A DNA stretch of 24,000 nucleotides, from contig DATGZA010000005.1 in assembly GCA_035297365.1 (NCBI GenBank), positions 1-24,000 of the forward strand, read 5' to 3'. The DNA comes from Nitrososphaeraceae archaeon (GTDB lineage: Archaea; Thermoproteota; Nitrososphaeria; Nitrososphaerales; Nitrososphaeraceae). The notes beneath the pieces are model-generated. The model made no database searches. It was not told the origin of the DNA and was given only the letters and a program-made list of their open reading frames with translations. A program made the translations under genes and the position numbers. Shown here one piece after another: positions 9,253 through 17,161 of this stretch; positions within the stretch are counted from its first letter, which is position 1; the number at the start of each line of letters is the position of its first letter.

Positions 9253-9349
9253 TTATGAACTATATTTTCTTAATTCTATTTATTCGTTACAAGACTAAAT
9301 TTGAAAGAAGTTATATATCAATAAATAATTAGATTAGATCTATTAAAAC

Positions 9350-10453
9350 TTGTATAATAATATTTTTAATACTAAACCAACTATCGCTTTAGAAAAGGTT
9401 TTAGCTGGAGAAGAATTATCCTATAACGATGGTATTCAGTTATTTAAAGAAAACTTGTTCTTATTGGGTTCAGCTGCTGATATTATCCGAAAGACAAAAA
9501 ATGGGAATATTGTTACATTTACATCATCATATTATCTAAATTACACTAATGTTTGTATTGCAAGCTGTCCTCTGTGTGCATTTTATAGAAAGGGAAGCGA
9601 GGATGATGCGTATACTCTTACAACTGAACAGATCGTTGAACGTGCTAGAGTAGCTATTAAACAAATGGGAGTAACTGAATTACACATAGTTGGAGGATTT
9701 CACCCAAAACTTGGACTTGATTATTACGAAAAAATGATAAAAAGTATTAAAAATGAATTTCCTAATGTCACGATTAAAGCACTAACACCTGCAGAAATTT
9801 TTTTTATATCTAAATTAACAAAAAATTCAGTTAAGGAAATACTAAATAGATTAAAAAGTTCTGGTTTGGATGCACTTCCTGGTGGCGGAGCAGAAATTTT
9901 CAGTCCCGAAGTTAGGAATAGAATTGTAAGAGGGAAATGTTCAGGCGACGAGTGGTTAGATACCGCTAGACAGGCTCATGAAGTCGGGTTAAAAACTAAT
10001 TCCACCATGCTTTTTGGTCATATTGAAAAACCAGAACATATTGTTGATCATATTATTAAAATAAGAGATCTACATAAAAAAACCAATGGATTTAACACCT
10101 TTATTCCGCTAAAATTTAGTTTAGATAATACTGAAATTGAAAAAAATGGAGAAATTAAAAGAGAAAGTTCATCTGTATATGATCTTAGGGTTATTGCAGT
10201 ATCAAGACTTTTATTAGCAAATACTTTAAACAATATTTCTGTTTATTGGGTAGCATTAGGAAAAAAAATAGCTCAAGTTGCATTATCCTATGGTGGAAAT
10301 GATTTTGTTGGTACTGCATTTTCAGAAGAAATCTTTCGTGCAGCCGGAAAGAATAGTGGTACTTCTATGGAAGAATTAGCGAGTTTGGTTAGAGAGGTAA
10401 ATAGACAACCAGCTCAGAGAGATACATTTTTTAATATTATAAAGAATTATTGA
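9350..10453 (+). CDS. Radical SAM enzyme of the MqnE/MqnC family, paralog 2 (TTG start in track)
   Basis: 367 aa. Motifs are CIASCPLCAFYR, VGGFHP, LPGGGAEIF and a C-terminal QRDTFFN. It is collinear with paralog 1 along its whole length and divergently transcribed from a 97-bp spacer. Confidence 0.65.
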   Translation: MYNNIFNTKPTIALEKVLAGEELSYNDGIQLFKENLFLLGSAADIIRKTKNGNIVTFTSSYYLNYTNVCIASCPLCAFYRKGSEDDAYTLTTEQIVERARVAIKQMGVTELHIVGGFHPKLGLDYYEKMIKSIKNEFPNVTIKALTPAEIFFISKLTKNSVKEILNRLKSSGLDALPGGGAEIFSPEVRNRIVRGKCSGDEWLDTARQAHEVGLKTNSTMLFGHIEKPEHIVDHIIKIRDLHKKTNGFNTFIPLKFSLDNTEIEKNGEIKRESSSVYDLRVIAVSRLLLANTLNNISVYWVALGKKIAQVALSYGGNDFVGTAFSEEIFRAAGKNSGTSMEELASLVREVNRQPAQRDTFFNIIKNY

Positions 10454-10734
10454 TTTTTGAATATTTTGTTAAACAATAACAAAGATTGATAGTAAGTTAC
10501 AGTTTTTTTTTATATGACTTGTATGTTATTAATATGACAATAAAATAGAAATAAAATAAATGTTCAAATTTATATCAATTCAATCTTTGGATGTATTTTT
10601 TGTGAAACTTGTAAAAAATAGTGAATTTGTATAGGCAAAAGCTGAAACTAATTACATTAATGATAAATTCTTATTCAATAGTGTTCAGATTATGATCTTT
10701 CTCGATTTTATGATAATGAAAAGAACATTTTGCC

Positions 10735-11577
10735 TCATGCAAAATAGACAGAGAATGGCGATAAAATATGTTTTTCAATAGCTAGATCAAAGACCTTTTC
10801 AATTGCTTGTTTTCCCTTATCCCCCATATCAATTGTGACGTCATTTACGTACATATTAACAAATTTTGAGATCGTATTTTGTACTTGTCCTCTTCCATAT
10901 TTCATCGCGTAGTTTAGAGTTTCTTGCATATTATTAAGACCGTAAATAATAGATTTTTTAAACAAAGTATCGAATTCCCGTATTTGTCTTAATGTTAAAG
11001 ATTTATTACTTGCAACGTTGATACCTAGTGGAACTGGTAAACCATTCGTTATATTATGCCACCACACGCCCAGATCAATAATTTTACAAAGTTTTAAATG
11101 TTCATATGCTATTTGTATTTCATGAATTACAACACCTGCATCAACTTCGTTATTAATTATTGCATCAGGAATTAAATGAAATGGTATTTCCTTTACGTTG
11201 AAATTATTTAGATTCAAATTATTTAGAAAGAGAGATAGCAATAGATATGCTGAAGTCATTTTTCCCGGAATTGCTATTGTTTTTTTAGTTAATTCTTCTT
11301 GAGAAAAATCTTTTTTTGCAAGAATAATAGGACCATAGTTTATTCCAAAACTGCCCCCACTTCTTAATATAACATAATCCTTCAAGAAAGCATAGGCATG
11401 AACCGAGATAGCAGTAATATCTAACTCATGGTTAACCGCACGTTTGTTGAGTTTTTCTATATCTTCAATCACATGAGCAATACGGAATTCATTGGAATCA
11501 ACTTTTCCACTTGCTAAGCCGTAGAACATAAAAGCATCGTCTGAATCTGGCGTATGGCCTAAAGTAATATCAATCAT
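10735..11577 (-). CDS. MqnA/MqnD-family protein (probable 1,4-dihydroxy-6-naphthoate synthase, futalosine pathway)
   Basis: 280 aa. LGHTPDSDDAFMFYGLASGKVD...VIEDIEKLNKRAVNHELDITAISVHAYAF..DYVILRSGGSFG.NYGPI matches the VitK2-biosynthesis (MqnA/MqnD) periplasmic-binding-protein-like fold signature. Confidence 0.65.
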   Translation of the reverse strand: MIDITLGHTPDSDDAFMFYGLASGKVDSNEFRIAHVIEDIEKLNKRAVNHELDITAISVHAYAFLKDYVILRSGGSFGINYGPIILAKKDFSQEELTKKTIAIPGKMTSAYLLLSLFLNNLNLNNFNVKEIPFHLIPDAIINNEVDAGVVIHEIQIAYEHLKLCKIIDLGVWWHNITNGLPVPLGINVASNKSLTLRQIREFDTLFKKSIIYGLNNMQETLNYAMKYGRGQVQNTISKFVNMYVNDVTIDMGDKGKQAIEKVFDLAIEKHILSPFSVYFA

Positions 11578-11692
11578 TTATTTAATTTGACACTGTTTAC
11601 GATTTCTCCTTCTATTAATAAATAGTTTGGTAAAACATTCAAATGTATATATTTATAAAATTTATTTATATTACTTAGTATTAATTTAATTA

Positions 11693-11983
11693 ATGAATAA
11701 TAAAAGTTTTTTATACCAACAACTAAAATGGATTGCAATATATTTTGTAATAAGTTTTATTATCTCAATAATAGTACCTTTTCCTTATTCTTTAATAGTT
11801 ATAGTTTCAATAGTTTTAATTCTTAGTATATATATACGAAGAAGAGAAATGGCAAGATTTAAAGTAGACAATTTTTCAATGTTTGATTCTAATAAAGTAA
11901 ATTATTATTGTATGATGTGTGATACAAAACATAATAATCTAATGTGTCCAAAATGTGGTTCAAAAATGAAACGGATAGGTTAG
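11693..11983 (+). CDS. Small membrane protein with C-terminal zinc-ribbon (C-x2-C ... C-x2-C)
   Basis: 96 aa with two hydrophobic helices, then YYCMMCDTKHNNLMCPKCGSKM. Confidence 0.5.
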   Translation: MNNKSFLYQQLKWIAIYFVISFIISIIVPFPYSLIVIVSIVLILSIYIRRREMARFKVDNFSMFDSNKVNYYCMMCDTKHNNLMCPKCGSKMKRIG

Positions 11984-12148
11984 TATTCTGAATGTTCATA
12001 AATAATTTCATCATGGTTATTGATTACAAACAATATCATGAAAGTTTTGTATAGAAATAAATTCCATGAAATATACCAGTATTATGATATAGTAATACCT
12101 TACTTAAGCCTAATATAATTCAAAATATTATGATCATTCGTACTATAA

Positions 12149-12448
12149 TTGATTAGAAAAAAAATATACCTTTCATTATTCGTAAGTTTATTACTATTAG
12201 TTGGTTTCGATATTTCGTTATTTAACAATTTAGCATATGGTGAAGTGGATGATGGCGGTAGCAAGGATGATGGCGGTAGCAAGGATGAAAATGATGGAAA
12301 TAATGACGACGAAGATATTTCGCTAGATGAATTATTTGGAAGTGACGATGCTGAAGATAAAAAAGATGCTAAAGATAAAAAAGATGCTAAAGATAAAAAT
12401 AATGATGTGCCTTTTATTCTACCATTTAATGCAGTACCATTTCCATAA
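12149..12448 (+). CDS. Secreted, highly acidic tandem-repeat mini-protein (TTG start)
   Basis: 99 aa. A signal-like N-terminus (KKIYLSLFVSLLLLVGF...NLAYG) is followed by DDGGSK x2, a D/E/N-rich tract and KKDAKD x2-3. It ends in a hydrophobic VPFILPFNAVPFP. The minus-strand ORF 12100..12282 is a shadow. Confidence 0.45.
   Translation: MIRKKIYLSLFVSLLLLVGFDISLFNNLAYGEVDDGGSKDDGGSKDENDGNNDDEDISLDELFGSDDAEDKKDAKDKKDAKDKNNDVPFILPFNAVPFP
12248..12391 (+). repeat. Two in-frame 18-bp tandem duplications inside the acidic mini-protein gene
   Basis: gatgatggcggtagcaag occurs at 12248-12265 and 12266-12283. gataaaaaagatgctaaa occurs at 12356-12373 and 12374-12391. Both pairs are perfect copies. Confidence 0.9.
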
Positions 12449-12507
12449 AATTCAAATAGAATTATATTATAAAGTCTGTAATTAGATTTTTAATTATTAT
12501 TGTAAGG

Positions 12508-12515
12508 TTTAATAT
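12508..12515 (+). promoter_or_regulatory. TATA-box-like element upstream of tRNA-Leu
   Basis: tttaatat is centred about 30 nt upstream of the tRNA 5' end (12541), the usual archaeal TATA-to-start spacing. Confidence 0.4.
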
Positions 12516-12540
12516 CAGGATTAGCCGACTTGCAATACAG

Positions 12541-12657
12541 GCGGGGGTTGTAGAGCCTGGCCAAATAAAAAACAGTTTGGAGACGCGGGACTTAAGATCT
12601 AAAAAATGTGGGATCCCGTCCTTTAGCGGTTCGTGGGTTCAAATCCCACCCCCCGCA
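12541..12657 (+). tRNA. tRNA-Leu (anticodon UAA), class II, apparently with two 16-nt introns (D-arm and canonical 37/38 position); CCA not encoded
   Basis: Folded by hand. Acceptor stem: GCGGGGG / CCCCCGC plus discriminator A. T arm: GTGGG-TTCAAAT-CCCAC. Anticodon arm: CGGGA-CTTAAGA-[intron 12597-12612]-TCCCG. The D stem GTA...TAC forms only if 12567-12582 (aaaaaacagtttggag) is removed. That insert pairs TTTGG with exon CCAAA. Spliced length is 85 nt, with a long variable arm. Confidence 0.8.
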
Positions 12658-12685
12658 TTTGCATTTTAATAAATCAATTCAATTT

Positions 12686-13315
12686 TTAGGTTTTTTTAAA
12701 GCCTAAAACTTTTTTTACAAATAATTCATGCATTCTACTATCAGATGATAATTCCGGATGAAAAGAGGTGGCAAGAATATTATCTTGGTTTACTGCCACT
12801 ATTTTATCATCAAATGAGGAAATAATATTAACATTATCTTGTATATCAGTAATTATTGGAGCCCTGATAAAGATTCCTTTGAAAGGAGTCTTTCCCAAGA
12901 CTGGGATTTCAAGATTCATTTCAAATGAATTATGTTGTCTTCCAAATGCATTTCGTTCTACAACAACATTCAATACTTCCAATAACTGTTGTCTTGTTTC
13001 CCCAACCACTTTATCGTATGCCCTTTTGGATAACATGATCAAACCTGCACATGTACCCATAACTGGTAGTCCTTCTGAAACTCGTTTTTTTATTGTTTGA
13101 AACATTTGACCGTTATAAAGACAAACTAAATTTCCTATAACAGTACTTTCTCCCCCAGGCAATATCAAACCATCCAAATTTTCAATCGATTCTGAATGAC
13201 GGATTGACCGTACTATTCCATTTAAATCCATATTCTTTAATGCCTCCTTTGTAGAAATAATATTTTCCTCTATGTCACCTTGAAAGCCGAGAACACCTAT
13301 GTTTATTTCACTCAA
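12686..13315 (-). CDS. pdxT: Pyridoxal 5'-phosphate synthase, glutaminase subunit PdxT
   Basis: Motifs: [28 protein letters not shown] (nucleophilic Cys), [19 protein letters not shown]. Its start overlaps the pdxS stop by 4 nt. Confidence 0.9.
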   Translation of the reverse strand: MSEINIGVLGFQGDIEENIISTKEALKNMDLNGIVRSIRHSESIENLDGLILPGGESTVIGNLVCLYNGQMFQTIKKRVSEGLPVMGTCAGLIMLSKRAYDKVVGETRQQLLEVLNVVVERNAFGRQHNSFEMNLEIPVLGKTPFKGIFIRAPIITDIQDNVNIISSFDDKIVAVNQDNILATSFHPELSSDSRMHELFVKKVLGFKKT

Positions 13316-14283
13316 ATTGGTGGACCTCTTTCTTGCATCCGTAATTCAAGGTTTTTTGTATCTAAACCTAAAAGAGATTTTCTTTCATCAACCATTTTTT
13401 GAGCTTCCATTACGACTTTTGGATCGTCGTAATAGGTTGTAGCTAGAACGATTGCTCTAGCTCGCTGGTCTGGGTCTTCTGCCTTAAAAATACCTGAACC
13501 TACAAAAACACCATCACAACCATAATTCATAACTAAAGCAGCATCTGCAGGTGTAGCTATACCGCCAGCTGCAAAATTTACAACAGGTAGCCTAGAAAGT
13601 CTTGCGGTTTCTTTAACTAAGGTGTATGAAACTTTTAAATCTCGCGCAAAACTAATTAATTGAAGATCATCGTTTCTCTGGAATATAGAATTTACTTTTC
13701 TAATATCATTATTTACATTTTTTATATGTCTAACTGCCTCTGCTATATTTCCTGTTCCTGGTTCTCCCTTTGTTCTAATCATAGAACTTCCTTCTTCTAT
13801 TCGACGTAAAGCTTCTGCAAGATTCTTTGCACCATTAACAAATGGAGTAGTAAAATCCCATTTCCAGATATGATTTTCCTCATCTGCCGGAGTAAGGACC
13901 TCACTTTCATCTATCATATCTACACCAACAGCTTCTAACATCCTTGCCTCTGAAATATGGCCTATTCTACATTTAGCCATGATTGGAATTGTAATTTCAT
14001 CCATTATCTCTTCTATAATTTTTATACTGGCAGTTCTTGCTACTCCTCCGACCTTTCTGACATCATATGGTAATTTATCTAAAACCATAACCGCTACGGC
14101 TCCGGCATCCTCTGCTATATGTGCTTGTTCTACTGTAGTGACGTCCATGATTACTCCATGTTTTTGCATATGAGCAAAGCCTCGTTTTACTAGTGTTGTT
14201 CCTTGAACTGACTGTCCATTTTTTAAATTCTTGAATTTAAGGCCCTTGGGCTCTAATTCGGTTGCCACAAGAGATATAGTCAT
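13312..14283 (-). CDS. pdxS: Pyridoxal 5'-phosphate synthase, lyase subunit PdxS
   Basis: Motifs: [82 protein letters not shown]. Confidence 0.92.
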   Translation of the reverse strand: MTISLVATELEPKGLKFKNLKNGQSVQGTTLVKRGFAHMQKHGVIMDVTTVEQAHIAEDAGAVAVMVLDKLPYDVRKVGGVARTASIKIIEEIMDEITIPIMAKCRIGHISEARMLEAVGVDMIDESEVLTPADEENHIWKWDFTTPFVNGAKNLAEALRRIEEGSSMIRTKGEPGTGNIAEAVRHIKNVNNDIRKVNSIFQRNDDLQLISFARDLKVSYTLVKETARLSRLPVVNFAAGGIATPADAALVMNYGCDGVFVGSGIFKAEDPDQRARAIVLATTYYDDPKVVMEAQKMVDERKSLLGLDTKNLELRMQERGPPI

Positions 14284-14588
14284 GTTTTAAAATTATTAAA
14301 AAAGCATCTATTATAGGTTTAGTTTTTAAATATAGCATTAATTCAAGGATTATTGTTTTGATATGTTTTTTGGATAATATTCAATATTATAATTATAATA
14401 TTATATACATCATTATTATTAAGTATAGACAAAGGATAGAGACAAAGGATAGAAATTTATTTCTGATGAGAGTCACAATCTTGCTAACGACTTTTATAAA
14501 ATAGCAAAATAATATAAATAATTATTGAGCAATTCAAAGTTATGATATAAAAATATAAAAATTTACGCTATACGATAAGAAAAATTAA

Positions 14589-15302
14589 TTAAGTTCTAAT
14601 ATAGTCGGTCAATCCGTATATTGGTTGCCCTAGATAATCATCATCTATTATTTTTGGTTGTAAAATAATACTAATTGTATTTCTTTGTAAAATCAAATAG
14701 AGATCAACATCGATGATGTCATTTGGGGTAATTATCTGTGCTTTGCCTTTTATGATATTATTTTCAGTTTCTGACAATCGTATTGGAGTATCAGTTTCGT
14801 CTATGAAATTAAGAATTTCGTACGTATGAGGAGAAATTCCATCTTTAGAAATTTTAGATATCTTGGCAGTGAAAGAGATTATTTCTCCATTTTTTACATC
14901 TAAGATCCAACTACCATTAAGAATCAAAAACTTTTCCATATTATTATAATTTTTATTATCCGCTATTTCAGAATTTGGGAGTAATTCATCTAACGTAAAC
15001 TTTGACTCCTGATTTATGAGTATGTCCATAAGACTGGATGTAACGAGATCAACTACATCGGTATTTTTTTCCTTTGTCTTGAAAGGTAATAAATTGGAAA
15101 TACTGTCATCATGTTCTATTTGATTTTGGTCTCCTAATATTATCAATGAAAACAGAGAACCATTTACATAAAAAGAGGTATTGTTATTATTTCCTAACAG
15201 AGAAGATAAATTGAAAAATGGAAGTGAATTCTCAAAATACAGAAATTTGAATACTATTAAAAATGAAAGAGTAATAACAAATAAAATGATAAACCATTTC
15301 AT
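14589..15302 (-). CDS. Hypothetical membrane-anchored/secreted protein (N-terminal TM, beta-rich C-terminal domain)
   Basis: 237 aa. The N-terminus is MKWFIILFVITLSFLIVFKFLYF. The C-terminal half has alternating-polarity strands (GSWILDVKNGEIISFTAKISKI...) and ends in DDYLGQPIYGL. I recognise no named family. Confidence 0.5.
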   Translation of the reverse strand: MKWFIILFVITLSFLIVFKFLYFENSLPFFNLSSLLGNNNNTSFYVNGSLFSLIILGDQNQIEHDDSISNLLPFKTKEKNTDVVDLVTSSLMDILINQESKFTLDELLPNSEIADNKNYNNMEKFLILNGSWILDVKNGEIISFTAKISKISKDGISPHTYEILNFIDETDTPIRLSETENNIIKGKAQIITPNDIIDVDLYLILQRNTISIILQPKIIDDDYLGQPIYGLTDYIRT

Positions 15303-15369
15303 CGGGTAATTATTTTCATATTTCTAATACTATTAAGTTTATAGCACTACTGATAGATAAAGTTGGTCA

Positions 15370-15741
15370 CTATTTAATATTATCAGATTCTAATTTAGTT
15401 AGATTATATCTTATTTCATTATTTCGCCAAACCATCTCTTTTATTTGATCATCACTGAAATCAATATCCCATGAACCTAAAATTGTGTTTATTATTTCAG
15501 ATGCATTATAAAGCATGTTCCAATATGGATGATGCTCAGCTGTTGTATAAGAGAGTTCTAGAATGTCTTTTAAGCCATTTTTTGCACTTCCTAACATATT
15601 GAAATTGGACGTATATAATCCCAAGAAACCAGACTCTTTCTCCATCTTTATTTTAACATCAATTCCATCATTTTTTAATTCGTTAACTAGAGAAAAAAGT
15701 TTTTCATAAATAATATCAAATTCCAAATTTTTAGATGACAT
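15370..15741 (-). CDS. Hypothetical soluble protein, 123 aa
   Basis: A clean ORF with no hydrophobic segments and no recognisable motif. It is on the same strand as amoB and downstream of it. Confidence 0.45.
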   Translation of the reverse strand: MSSKNLEFDIIYEKLFSLVNELKNDGIDVKIKMEKESGFLGLYTSNFNMLGSAKNGLKDILELSYTTAEHHPYWNMLYNASEIINTILGSWDIDFSDDQIKEMVWRNNEIRYNLTKLESDNIK

Positions 15742-15935
15742 ATAAAAAATATTATTATCTATCTATATAATCCTTAAAAAATATTTATTAAGAAAATTGA
15801 ATGATATAATTAAAAATAAATTGTATCATTAAAATAATGTAACAAGCGTACAATAAAAATATTAATCGTTATGGTTGGTAATTATGACTATTATTACCGA
15901 AATAAAATACAAACACAATAAGATATCTTACAAAT

Positions 15936-15943
15936 AAAAAAAA
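15936..15943 (-). terminator. Oligo-T (T8 on the minus strand) tract 10-17 nt after the amoB stop codon
   Basis: A8 on the + strand at 15936-15943. Archaeal RNA polymerase terminates at oligo-T tracts. Confidence 0.45.
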
Positions 15944-15952
15944 TAGGTTGTT

Positions 15953-16510
15953 TTAAATTACTTGCCACGGTCTAGTCGCAAAAGTTACTCCTAATCCAGC
16001 ACCTATAAGTATTACCTGATACCAAACGTTTTGCCACGGAACTGGTTTCAATATTGCTTCTCCACTTACTTGTACAGTCTGTCCCGGACCTAACCCTGGA
16101 CCTACTGATGCTACGTTCAACTGTGTATGTACGTGGTATACACCCGGTTCCAGAGCTTTTGCGGTGACTGTGTATGGAATTGTAGCCTGAGGTTGAATCT
16201 CAAAAACATTTCCTGGTGGATCCCTCGATGTGAATTCCCACCTATTACCTGCATTTGTGGATTCGCTAAAGAGCGATATCCATGCTCTAAGTGGTCTATT
16301 TACTAGACTTTGTAAAGTTCCTGTTACAGTCAGTTCTTCACCTGTCTGTAGTGTTTGTGCTGAAAATGCTTCATCTTGAATTCTTACAAATCTACTTTGA
16401 AGCTGAGCTTGCACACCATGACCTTCTGCATCTTTAATTGGAATAATGGTAACTGCAGTGGACATCACAATAACTATGGCAATAGTTACAGCTAATGCAC
16501 TTTTCATCAT
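15953..16510 (-). CDS. amoB: Ammonia monooxygenase subunit B, archaeal short form
   Basis: 185 aa. A signal peptide is followed by HGVQAQLQSRFVR, then ISLFSESTNAGNRWEF..RDPPGNVF, GVYHVHTQLNVASVGPGLGPGQTV and a C-terminal TM. This is near-identical in pattern to known thaumarchaeal AmoB. The N-terminal His and the H-x-H copper ligand positions are present. Confidence 0.95.
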   Translation of the reverse strand: MMKSALAVTIAIVIVMSTAVTIIPIKDAEGHGVQAQLQSRFVRIQDEAFSAQTLQTGEELTVTGTLQSLVNRPLRAWISLFSESTNAGNRWEFTSRDPPGNVFEIQPQATIPYTVTAKALEPGVYHVHTQLNVASVGPGLGPGQTVQVSGEAILKPVPWQNVWYQVILIGAGLGVTFATRPWQVI

Positions 16511-16540
16511 ATTCGTATAGTAGGGAAGATGAATAACATG

Positions 16541-16552
16541 GATATATATTTT
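16541..16552 (-). promoter_or_regulatory. Candidate TATA box for amoB
   Basis: The minus strand reads aaaatatatatc, centred about 36 nt upstream of the amoB ATG (16510). This implies a short 5' UTR. Confidence 0.3.
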
Positions 16553-16667
16553 GCTGTTTTTTCTTTTACTCTAATCTGTGATTCTCTCTGCAATCAGGTT
16601 ATTAGCATAAATTTGTACTCAATTTTATGCACATTTTTTATATTAAAAAATATTAATAAATAGCAAA

Positions 16668-16675
16668 ATTTAAAA
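16668..16675 (+). promoter_or_regulatory. Candidate TATA box for amoX (near-leaderless transcript)
   Basis: atttaaaa, preceded by an A-rich BRE-like stretch, is centred about 30 nt upstream of the amoX ATG at 16701. Confidence 0.35.
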
Positions 16676-16700
16676 AGGCAGATCGAGACATACATATTAA

Positions 16701-16997
16701 ATGACTTTACCAAAAGGATACACTAGCGGTGGCGGAAGAGTTGCTGGTGGAAATCGTGATGAAATAGAACGTATGATCGGTCGTAGAGTTGAAAACATGA
16801 GAGGAATTTTCATATTAGGCTTCATTTTATGTTGGATCGCTACTGCAGGTGGTATATATGTTGGTGTAACTGTATATCCATGGGCATACCCTTTACCTAG
16901 TGGAATGTTTGCATTATCAGTACTTACTGTCATAGAAGTATTGGGAATTATCTTTATTATGAAAGTTGCAGGCGAAAAGATGCCAGTCCGTCCATAA
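16701..16997 (+). CDS. amoX: AmoX, small membrane protein associated with archaeal ammonia monooxygenase
   Basis: 98 aa with two TM helices (IFILGFILCWIATAGGIYVGV and MFALSVLTVIEVLGIIFIM). It lies immediately upstream of amoA on the same strand, the conserved position of amoX (orf38) in AOA. The minus-strand ORF 16697..16933 is a shadow. Confidence 0.8.
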   Translation: MTLPKGYTSGGGRVAGGNRDEIERMIGRRVENMRGIFILGFILCWIATAGGIYVGVTVYPWAYPLPSGMFALSVLTVIEVLGIIFIMKVAGEKMPVRP

Positions 16998-17130
16998 ACA
17001 ATTTTTTCATTAACCTTAATTTTTTATTTTAATAATACGATTTTCTTCTAGATTTTCTATAAATATACATAAATTATATATTAAATACTGTATATTTGGA
17101 TACAAATTATTTCAAATAAAAAAATAAAAT

Positions 17131-17138
17131 TTTATATA
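17131..17138 (+). promoter_or_regulatory. Candidate TATA box for amoA (supports the downstream ATG at 17162 and a leaderless mRNA)
   Basis: tttatata (with A-rich sequence 5' of it) is centred about 28 nt upstream of ATG 17162. It lies only about 9 nt before the first in-frame ATG at 17147. Confidence 0.4.
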
Positions 17139-17161
17139 CAACAATCATGCGTACGTTGTTA

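Noticed and set aside
8131-10453. Alternative reading of the two radical SAM paralogs as CofG/CofH (F420 FO synthase)
   Set aside because: The C-x3-C-x2-C-A-F-Y-R context and the adjacent MqnA/MqnD-family gene favour the menaquinone (futalosine) assignment. This is not fully excluded without HMM scoring.
14428-14453. Tandem 13-bp direct repeat gacaaaggataga x2 in the pdxS upstream spacer; considered as a CRISPR fragment or operator
   Set aside because: There are only two adjacent copies with no spacer, so it is far too short for a CRISPR array. A regulatory role cannot be supported from sequence alone.
14463-14495. CTGATGAG followed by an AGTC...GACT stem, reminiscent of a hammerhead ribozyme core or a C/D-box sRNA C box
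   Set aside because: No GAAA/CGAAAC element follows the stem, and no cleavage-site helix is present. No D box (CTGA) lies at a suitable distance. In sequence this AT-rich, the heptamer alone is expected by chance.
15860-15900. Hairpin GGTAAT-N10-ATTACC downstream of amoB, considered as a terminator or ncRNA
   Set aside because: It is a 6-bp AT-rich stem of marginal stability. The T8 tract closer to the stop codon is a sufficient archaeal termination signal.
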